Below, in pieces: positions 1 through 10,500 of a DNA stretch of 64,000 nucleotides. The position numbers and the translations under genes were made by a program. Source of the stretch: Dimorphilus gyrociliatus (taxonomy: Eukaryota > Animalia > Annelida). Under the pieces are notes generated by a model that saw only the letters and a program-made list of their open reading frames with translations, did no database searches and had not been told where the DNA came from. Positions within the stretch are counted from its first letter, which is position 1, and each line of letters starts with the position of its first letter. The stretch spans positions 538,942-602,941 of the forward strand of contig CAJFCJ010000009.1 in the NCBI GenBank assembly GCA_904063045.1, in the 5' to 3' direction.

Positions 1-135
1 GCTCCGGAACAATTGAATACTCCTCATAATTCTTCAAATATATCGGCGCCTGCAGCAACTTTACCTCGTCGTCCTGTAGTTGAAACACAGCCAAATTTTC
101 AATCACTCACTATTATACAAGAATCTTCCGTCTAA
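1..135 (+). CDS. 3' end of an upstream gene (partial, unidentified)
   Basis: Frame 1 is open from base 1 (APEQLNTPHNSSNISAPAATLPRRPVVETQPNFQSLTIIQESSV) to TAA at 133-135. It is GC-richer than the sequence that follows, and there is an AATAAA near 306. Confidence 0.4.
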   Translation, partial: APEQLNTPHNSSNISAPAATLPRRPVVETQPNFQSLTIIQESSV

Positions 136-850
136 CAACTTAAACTTTTCCTGTGCCATTTTTCCTGCAGCTAAATTCATTTGTAGATATATCATATTTT
201 CTAATTTTGCAGAACGTTTCAAACAGATTGATTTTGACTTGAACGTTAATCTTAGATTATTTTCGTACTTGAATATTTCGTGTTTAATATTGTTACCCTT
301 TTACTAATAAAAATTTTTTGTTTAAAAAATAATCCTCAATTAAATAATGTTGTTCTTGTTTCTTTATTTATAATCGTATGTTAGCGCCATCTCTTGTTTG
401 TCAAGAAAAATCAATAGTTTTGTAGCTTTGTAGCATAAACAGGGATTTAGAGTGAATGGAGAGAATTTGACAATAATAAGTTAATAAGGTTCTATTTAAA
501 GTGAAATTGATCTAATTTAGTCACTGACAAATTGATAGCGGATGAAGTTTTTAAATATCAACTTTTATCATATTCTTATATAATAAGAACAATACTATTT
601 GTGTTGCACCTAATACAAGCCAGATTCAATTCTCTGTTGACGCCTTACTTTTTGGATATTCTCTACAAAAAACTATTTACCCATAGTCGTTATGTAATTT
701 ATAAATTAACTACTTTTTCACGGAGTCTGTCAAGTGATTAAACGAATAATTTCTTCTTTTCTTTACATTGAGTGCAAACGCGCATCATGCAGCAATTTTA
801 AACTTTTAAAATAATTAATAATTAGTAATTAACATTTTATTTTAAAAAAA

Positions 851-1961
851 ATGACCTCTCAATCAATATTAATATGTGTTAATGTCTGTTTAATCTTTAT
901 TGCATCTGGGGCTGTAGTAATTTCCATTTTCTTAGCTAATACCTCTTCGTATGATTTTCTATATAGAGCAGCTGAGTACCAAAGGCATAAACATCCTGAC
1001 AGAAAAGAGAGTGTGAATGTCATTCAAGTGGCAGTTTTTTCTCTAGTTTCTCTTTTTTCGATTGTATATATCACTGGGATTATAGGTCTATCTGGAGCAG
1101 TAACAAGAGAATCCTTAGCAGTTACAATTTACATGAGTCTTCTTGGATGCCTTTTATTTATAAAGGTTTAACCTGAAATTTAAATAGACACAAACCATAA
1201 ACGTAATTACTTTTCAGATAGCTCTTGTGATTTATATATCTATGGCAAGTCCTTTAGCATCATTTAGCGACACAATTGTAGAAATTTTTAAGAGAAGCTT
1301 CTCTCCAGAGGAAGTTGAAGCAGATCAAGATCCAAAGCTTTTTGATTTAAGGAAAATAATCAATAGATTACAAATTAATTTTGAATGTTGTGGTTATGAA
1401 AATATCACTGACTTTCTGGAGATTACAACTATAACTTATAAAGATGACAAAACAGTTTATCCAAAGTCCTGTTGCTACTCTTACAAAAGGAAAAAGTATA
1501 GATTTTCCAGTAGACACTGCTTTCAGCAACTGAAAAACCATATAAGTAGGTTGTAGGCAATTTATTTTGTATTTCTATAATTATTATTTCCAACAGTGTA
1601 TTTAAACGGAAGTGATACGAGAAATGAAACAAAATATGTAGTTGAAACAATTCATAATAAAACTTGTGGGCCTTTATTTGAGAAATATTTTAATGATAAT
1701 AAGCATTTTATTGTCATTCTATTATCAATTTTCCCAATATTCATATCGGCTTTTCTGATATGTTCATATGTTATTCATAGAGAAGGAAAAACTATTGAAG
1801 AAGAGGAAAAAATGATGATTTCAGCTCAAGTTTCACGTTTCTCAACGGCAGCACTGAATATGAAGAGATCAAGTAAGAAACGACCAGTTGAAAAGCTTTT
1901 GGAAAAATTCGATGGACTGAGGAAATTAGACATAAACCATGCAGAAGAAGATTTCATCTAA
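851..1961 (+). CDS. Tetraspanin-family protein, join(851..1165,1218..1545,1597..1961)
   Basis: Three ORFs are joined in phase by 52 and 51 bp GT-AG introns. Three N-terminal hydrophobic helices are followed by a large loop with the tetraspanin CCG (FECCGY) and PxSCC (YPKSCC) motifs, a further Cys, a fourth TM helix and a cytoplasmic tail. Confidence 0.88.
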
Positions 1962-3292
1962 TTAAAATGTTATTTATTTCTATTCTCCGAGCCTCTCTTT
2001 CTGTTTTTCTGTATCTCCCTTCGCCCCTTTCTCCCTGTCTCTTTGTCTTTCTCTGCATCTCTCTCTGTCTCTCTGATGAAAGAGAACCTTTCCGATTTAA
2101 TTAACATACTTATTATTGTTTATTAATTAATGCGATATTCTCTATATTCATTATAAAATATAAATGAGAAAAAGTAGAATTGTTTCAACATTGTCCTACA
2201 ATTGAAAGGAAATATAAAAAATAATGCTCTAGGTAGCGAGTCAACGTGCTTCCTTTATACATCAGCTAAAGAGTCATATCTTATATTGTTTGTTTTTTTT
2301 CCTTCTGTAAATATACAATTACAATTAATGAAATAGGAAGTTCGTTAAACAATTTTTTAATAAGGATGCGTAAGAAACCATAGGAGAATTACCAGGAAAT
2401 TTGTCGGGTAAAACCCATTTATAAGTCATATTGTAATATGTCTAATTAATGTAATTTTCAAACTGAGATAAAAGTAGTTGACCAAGTCTCCAACAAACAT
2501 AAACTATTCAGGTGAAACAGTCAGACATCCATTAACACAGGTGACATTTCATTCTCTCTTCACAGCTGATGTCTTTTTTCGTAATTTAGATAAATTAGAA
2601 ACTGAACTAATTGAACAGATGTCAATGAACCTGATTGATATAATTTTTATATATTTGAAAGAAGTAGAAGTTATTCCGTTTTTCGCTTTTCGTTAAATCA
2701 GCACAGTCTTATATTCAGTTTGAAAGTTAATATCTTGGATATTCTTTTCAATGGCCCATTTTCTCCTATCTCTTTTTTTACCCTTTCTTACTTAAAATAT
2801 TGGCTCAATTCTTAATACGTTTCACACCATTCTATAATGGTGTTATCAAGATTAAACATTAAATTAGGTTTAAAAAAAGAGTTTGTAGTTACTGAATGGG
2901 TTACATTTTAGCGTAATAAGGGCTATGAATGGCTATTCTATCTTATTCTCATTTTTTTTAAAAATATACGAAGACTATAAATAAGTCTTTTAGTAAATTT
3001 TTTCCAGAGCTTTAATTTATTACAAGAATGAATGATCAAAGATACTCTTTTCCTTTCTTTTTCATTTATTTAAAAGCTTAAAAGATCTGATTTTTAATAA
3101 TAATTGAAATTTTTTTATGGAATAGAAATACTGGCACAATCCTTTGTATATAAAACTTATCTATAGTTAAGCTTTTTGAAATAATTTCTTTTCCCCATTT
3201 CATATTTTTTTATTTGGAGAAAATCATTTTTCAATAGTTGCAAATCGAAAATAAATATAAAACAAAAGTTATCGATGAATCATGTTTCTCCA

Positions 3293-3311
3293 TCACGTGA
3301 CGATCGATTGG
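3293..3311. promoter_or_regulatory. E-box (TCACGTGA) and CCAAT box upstream of the NAD synthetase gene
   Basis: TCACGTGAC at 3293-3301, followed by ATTGG, about 100 bp upstream of the ATG at 3398. Confidence 0.5.
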
Positions 3312-3397
3312 TGCCAAGCAATATCCTTCGAACGTTCCATAAATACAGAGATATTAAATTGAAGCACAACAACTGAAAATATTAAAAGATTATAAAA

Positions 3398-6300
3398 ATG
3401 GGACGTAAAGTTACTTTAGCAACTTGTACATTGAACCAATGGGCAATGGATTTTGAAGGAAATTACAACAGAATATTAGAAAGTATGTTTTTATTATTGT
3501 ATTATCGCTCAATATTAAGTACTAATAGACTATTTAGCGTGTAATTAATTTAATAATTATAAAAGACTATGTGTCGACAACGTTCTAAATAGCTATTCAT
3601 CGTTCTCTAAATGTGTATATCTGGAAAACTCAGATCCATATTTTATTGATTAGAAAGATATTTAAAAGTCAATATTTAGGTTCATAGAATAAATACTGAT
3701 TTATTCGTTAAACTAGTGAAATGATTGTTTCTTAAGGTATAAAAAAGGCAAAAGAGGCGGGAGCAACGTATCGTCTTGGACCAGAGTTGGAAATTCCGTA
3801 AGAATGTTAATTTTCTCGGTAATCCAAATAATCATACTTTTGTTTATAGTGGTTATGGATGCGCTGATCATTTTTATGAGAGCGATACATTTCTACATTC
3901 TTGGCAGGTTTTAGCCAAGCTCCTAAACTCTCCTGATTGTCAAGACATCATTTGTGATGTTGGAATGTAAGTGAAATATATCTTTATTATATTTAAAGAA
4001 TATTTTTCTTTTTATTCGTCTTTAAGCAAGGAAAACAATGCGGAGAATAATTTAGTAGTTAATTTCCGTTATTGATTGAATTGATTTAGCAGGGGGCCAT
4101 AAACATTATTGGCATATCAAAAATGTTCCTGACAAGCATTTCTCAATTATTTAGAGCAAGTTTTGTATATATTTAAAAGAGAAATCTCTCCAACTTAGTT
4201 CAGATTAAGTTTAATACTAAATGCAGCTACACTAAATCGTATGCTTAGCAGAAATTGTCCTTGTGAAAAACCACTTGCAAGTTAAATTACTATTTCTTGT
4301 AACATTCTATTAGATAATAAGGAATTTGTATTACTATAAGGAATGGTATAATGAGTATTTCGTCAAATTTACGTTCCAAGGAATAAGATTGTTACGCTTA
4401 ATTCGTTTCTAAAGAGAATAGAATTTTCTAAGACATGTTCTTGAAATGGAATACCTAATTGCTTTTTTTTAATGAAAATTTTTTTTTTTGCGATTCCTTC
4501 AATAAAAAATACTTGCACTTCCTCTTAAATAAATATTTTAGCTATAGAATTTACGGTTATTTGATAGGTTTTTACTATTCAATAAGTAAAAAAAAAATTA
4601 AGAATTAGAAGTAATAATAGTAATTTAAATTAAAATAATAAAGTTAAATATGTTGCCCATTCGTAAAAATAGTCATGTTGTCTAATTTTATATAGGTATT
4701 TTTAGAAAGAACTGACATGGAAACAAACTAAACCTCTTGAACAAAAATAATGCTGAAAACAGGCTTATCATTAAAATAGCTAATCCCTACAAATTATTTT
4801 GTCTAGATTAAAAAGGCTATGCGGATTATATATTTGTTTGACAAACTTCACTCTTAAAATTTTATATATATATTTGTCCAGACAAATTACAGGGACTTTT
4901 TTTTATAGCCAAGTCCTTTTTTATTATCACTTTTTACTCATAAGCCTTTTTTTTTAAGTGTATCTTTTATCTTTATTCGAGTCACTCTTAAATTTTTAGC
5001 TGTGCAAAAAAGTATAATAATTTTCTGAAAAAATACGGCTTCTTTTTAATTATACAAACGATTTTTTATCCATAATTATTAATTAGTTTTAGATAATAAA
5101 CTATGGTGTTGCAAGTATAATCTTCTACTTAAATGATTAAAATGGTTGCGTGTAAAAGAAAGTAACTTTAGAAAGACATGTATTTAAAGAATTAGGCGTA
5201 TTGTGAAGCTTGACAAATATCTTTAGTGACTTGTTATCCATCTTTTAATGAGTTGGTATGAGAATAAAAAGTGAGCCCACCCTAAGAATTTCCTCTGGGA
5301 TGAGGGATAAAGTTAACCTTTTATAATTTAGCAAAAGTCTAAAAAAAAATTGTCATCAGTCGTGCTTCCTAACCCAAAGATGACACTGATTGTTTAATAT
5401 GGATATTTTAATTGAAGAGTGACCGCATTTTTATTTAACGAAAAATTACGCTTACGTTCAGTACGTAGACTTTGTTCTACAGTGTAATTTATCCGAAGTA
5501 ATCATTTGCTCCACTTGTACATTCGGCGTACTTGTTATACAGATCCATAAGTTTTTTATAATTTTCATTATCGATTTGCTTCATAGCATTCAGAATGAAA
5601 TCAACAGGTTTTCCTGTAAAAATAATTAGGTTTTCATAATTAATAAGTGTTAATTTTTATATAAGCGCCATCTTCCGTTTCATAGGCCGGAAGGAAAGTA
5701 TATTTTTTTGGCGTGAAAATGTCTTAAGTTTTTATTAAATCCAAATGTTCTACAGGTGTAACTTGAACTGATGATCATGTTTTGATTCTATTGATTTGAT
5801 TTTTCGTTTTCTATATTTCTCAGAGTAAATACATAATAATAATAGTAAAAACCTGTTAATGAGCTCCATTCCTCAACTTTCTTGAGCGGATAAGACCCAC
5901 AAACTGCTAAAATAGCTTTGTCTTCGCTGTAGGCGCTTCCAAAAAGAAAGACGCAAACGACGGCCATGAGGAGAAAAATTCGCATTTTAAACCGAGTTGG
6001 CGTCGCGATCTGAAATGTTGCAATTGTTTTTGTAGAATCAACAGCAATAATCGTTTTTACTTTGACAACAAGGTTGGCACTTTATTAGGGTCACTAGAAA
6101 AGTAATTTGTTTTTTTTCATAAAGTAAAAACTCACATTAATCCATAAATTTATACCTAAATTTTTTACCTAAAACATTTCTCTCAGTGTACTGGAAATCC
6201 CTTTTTTTTATCTATCAGATCTGTGTACTCCTTATTATATTTATTCAATTTTTGCCATAAGCAAATTGTCAATAATGAAAATTGTCATAATGGCTCATTG

Positions 6301-9300
6301 ACTAGAGATATTCTCTATTAATTTTACAAAAAATAGACCGAAGTATCTTACCTGTAGACTGACCAGTTTTACGTACGTTTGACGTCGTCGACGACTTGAT
6401 CGTTACTACTTCGTAGTGTTGTGACGTCTAACTACAGGAGGTGATTTATGCGAAGAAAGCGGGAAATGGCAACGCATTGTTTTGAGATTCTCAGTTTCTT
6501 CGTTTTCAATTTAAGTTTCTCTATTCAATCTTTTTTTTAAACAGGCCAGTAATGCATAAAAATGTTGCGTACAACTGTCGAGTGTATTTTCTCAACAAGT
6601 ATGTATTGTTTTGCACTTTTAGCTTATTTTAAAAAATTTTATTTATCTAGAAAACTTCTCCTAATCCGTCCAAAACTACGATTATGTAATGACGGAAATT
6701 ACAGAGAGGGACGATGGTTTACTCCTTGGATGAAGTTCCGGCAAGTAGAAGATTTTCATTTACCACGGTTAATTCGGGACATTACTGGACAAAGCCTTAT
6801 ATCAATAGGAGACGCTGTTATTTCCACAATTGATACTTGTATAGGAAGTGAAATATGCGAGGAAATGTGGCACACTGCTTCTAGTCATATAGAAATGGGT
6901 TTAGATGGTGTCGAGATATTTACTAATTCAAGTGGAAGTCACCATCAACTGAGGAAGGCCTATATTAGAGTAGACCTCATTAATTCTGCTACATCAAAAG
7001 GTGGTGGTATCTATATGTTTTCAAACCATCAAGGATGTGATGGTGAGAGGGTGTATTATGATGGGTGTTCGATGATATCTATAAATGGGCATACAGTTGC
7101 ACAAGGCTCACAATTTTCTCTTGATGATGTCGTAAGTATTTGTTTTAATTCTTGAGGAATTATGGAAATTGTACTCTTTAAATATGTATATACTTTCCTA
7201 TAAAACAAAGATAAGATTACGTTAGTAAAAATCCAAACTTCTTAACATGAAAAACCCTACGAGCAGTAAAAATCTATGTTACAAATATTTAGAAAATGAG
7301 AACAGAGAGTACATTTTCAAAGGGTGTGACTTTACAAATAAAAAATATATATTCTTCATATCTTTAATGGTATTCGTAACAGAATAATTTTTATCAGCAT
7401 CTTAATGAGTTGCTCGTAATGTCTCTAACGTTTTATATTTCCTAACCATTTAGTTAAGGTGAAATGCAGAAACAGAACTTCTATATTTAGTATATTACAT
7501 GTTATTGTCCGAAGAGACAGACTATTTCGCTCAAAAAAAATTGTCTCTACAACTTTGACTCTTCCCACTCTCAAGTTTTTAAACCTTTATTATTCGTCAG
7601 TTTTATACTCGCACATAACAGACTCTCTCTCCCTTCGGTAAATTGTTCAATCGCATTTCTTATATAAAAGGTGACTTATAAACAAGTCCAGTGAGAATAT
7701 TATGATGACTAATAGGCAAATTCTTACTTTAGATATTCATAATAGAATAGTACTTCATAAATATTATTTTAAGGGATCGGTATTCATATCGACTAGTATT
7801 TTTTAGGATTAAGCTCTCAATCAAAAGTCTAATTTAAATAAGTCTTTTTTTTACCATTCCTTAGGCTTTATATAGATTTACCCTTTTCTTAGTCAAATAA
7901 TGTTCTCAAGAGTAAACAGAAGAGATTCTATAAAGTTTTTTGTTTAAATTTTATCATTTTTAAATTAATCTAATTATATTTTTTATTTTTAGCAAGTCCT
8001 GACTGCTACCCTTGACTTGGAGGATGTTCGAAGCTATAGAAATACTATGAGAAGCCGGAATGAGGCGGTAAAACTATAATAACTTATAAGTAGCCATATC
8101 AAAAGAAAAAATATTTTTCGACAGGCTGCATGTGCATCTCCTTACCCCAGAATTATATGCGACTTTAGCTGTTCTTCTGACGATTTATGTCTGCCGTCGT
8201 ATCAGCCAGTCCAATGGCAGTATCATTTGGCCGAGGAAGAAATTGCACTTGGACCAGCCTGCTGGCTGTGGGATTATTTAAGAAGATCTAGACAAGGAGG
8301 CTACTTCTTGCCGCTGTCAGGTAACAGCAAATGGCAACTGATTAATATTTTCCTTTGTTCACTTACACCCAGCACTATCCATAATGATAAGTACTCGTTT
8401 GAACTAAAACGAAAGTACTTTTCTATGTCTTTCTGCTAATATAGAGATTCAAAATTAAACAATAGGTCTTTGTCTTCTGTAGGAGGAATTGACAGTTCAT
8501 CTACTGCTGCAATAGTTGGTTCTATGTGTCACTTGGTATGCGATGCTGTCAAAAGGGTAAAGACTGTTTCCTCTTATTTTTTCCTCTTAATTGAGTTTTG
8601 CTGGCATATCCTCAAAGGGCAATGAACGTGTGATCGCAGATTCTAGAAATATTGTTGGTGATTCAAACTACATACCTACCGACCCCAAAGAGCTATGCAA
8701 CAGAATTTTTACTACCTGCTATATGGGTAGTGATCAGAGTTCGAAAGACACGAAGAAGCGAGCCTCGGCTCTAGCTGCAGAACTTGGAAGCTATCATTTG
8801 GAAATTAATATTGAAACTGCAGTAAAGGCAGTTATTGGAATATTTACCACTGCTTTTTCGCTAATACCCAAGTTTAGAGCTTACGGGGGTTCAGATAGGG
8901 AAAATTTAGCTTTGCAGAACATTCAAGCAAGGTTGAGAATGGTTCTTGCTTACCTATTTGCACAGCTTTCTTTATGGGCCAGAGGGAAACCAGGAGGCTT
9001 GCTTGTCTTAGGTTCGGCTAATGTCGACGAATGCTTAAGAGGATATATGACCAAATATGATTGCTCCAGTGCTGATATTAATCCTATTGGTGGAATAAGC
9101 AAGACTGATTTAAAGTCATTTATCCGCTACTGTGTCGACCATTTCAAATGGACCAGCTTAAATTCGTAAGTCAACGCTAATATTCTCAAATCTGCAATAA
9201 TCTCTCTATATGAACTAGAAAAGTTTATATATTCATGATAATTTATATAATAGTCATTATTTGTAATTAAAAGTCTTCCAATTTATTTCTATTATTAAAA

Positions 9301-10019
9301 TCAAAATACAAATTTAAATTAAGTTTTCTCATCCAGAATTTACGCAGCACCACCAACAGCTGAACTGGAGCCTTTAAAAGACGGAGAATTAAGTCAGACA
9401 GACGAGGTGGTTGTAAAAAATTATTGTTATTTATAGTTTTTTATTATTAATTATTCAACAGCAAGATATGGGTATGACGTATGATGAATTGTCGATATAT
9501 GGTAAATTACGAAAGCAAGCAATGTGTGGTCCATATTCTATGTTCTGCAAACTATATGGTCTATGGTCAGATAAATTTTCTCATATCCAGGTTTATAAAT
9601 GACTCTTCATTTTCTATTTTATAGACATTATTACTTTTTTTGTCTCTTAGATTGGGACCAAAGTGAAATATTTCTTTAGATGCTATGCAATTAATAGACA
9701 TAAAATGACTGTTGCCACTCCGTCCTATCACGCTGAATCTTATAGCCCGGATGATAATCGTTTCGATCAGAGGCCGTTTCTATATCCAGCTGATTTTACC
9801 TGGCAGTTTAGAGCCATCGATGAAGAGGTAGATATAAAAGAAATTATTAATTCATTTTAGAATAACTTCTCCGAAATATAGCTATTTTTCAAAGTCGAGA
9901 GATTTATATTATCATGAAAATTGACTTGTAATTTATCCTAGGTTGGCAATATCGACAGGAAACGAAACTTAGAAAAGAAAGCAAAAACAACTGAGAAAAC
10001 TATTGGAGTAGTTGTGTAA
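3398..10019 (+). CDS. NADSYN1: Glutamine-dependent NAD(+) synthetase, 13 exons (3398-3482, 3737-3797, 3850-3966, 6545-6598, 6651-7131, 7993-8067, 8125-8320, 8483-8556, 8618-9165, 9337-9406, 9462-9590, 9651-9827, 9942-10019)
   Basis: N-terminus [21 protein letters not shown]. The nitrilase-like glutaminase domain includes [29 protein letters not shown] and EICEEMW. The synthetase domain includes [48 protein letters not shown] and [29 protein letters not shown]. Phases I checked are consistent across the GT-AG introns. Confidence 0.97.
5489..5985 (-). CDS. Nested small secreted peptide precursor (85 aa), complement(join(5489..5613,5853..5985)), inside NADSYN1 intron 3
   Basis: ATG in a TTTAAAATG context and the signal peptide [21 protein letters not shown] phase-1 donor (ACAG|GTTTT) joins in frame to the acceptor TTTTTACAG|GA, giving ...[45 protein letters not shown]. 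There is an AATAAA about 55 bp after the stop and a probable 5' UTR exon ending at 6352. Confidence 0.75.
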
Positions 10020-10500
10020 AATGGATTTTAATGGTGAATACTACGCATCACTGAGCCTGCTTCCTCACGTCACATTGCTATTTAAATTAGAGATAAATTA
10101 TGTCATAGTATCAAATAATGTTTGTTAATCAAATCAAATTAAAAAATTCATTATACTATAAATGCATTAATGATTGATTGTTGGCTACTTCACAATGTTA
10201 TTGGATGGAATAGTTAATTTTGAAAGGAAGATTGTCATATATCTTGTTAATATGTATAATATAAAAAAAGTATGCTTCAGAATTATCTAAACAAAAGAAA
10301 AACTGTGCGTGCTCGATTGAATATTTTAGGCTACTTGTTACAAGTCTATCAACTGTGTTTCCTTGAAATTTCAATATTGGACGAAAAATACATCATTAGA
10401 GAAAACGTATTTTGTATTTAAATCTTTTGAAGAATGATAACGTGTAAATAATACTGAATTTTTGCAAGTTGATTGTGTCGAATGGTTATTTGTTTGGATG

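Noticed and set aside
5880-5915. Insulin B-chain-like VCGSYPL, and an NKY tripeptide further on, in the nested peptide
   Set aside because: There are only two mature Cys and no CC..C..C A-chain. NKY-family peptides end in Y-amide with a different layout, so neither family assignment is supported.
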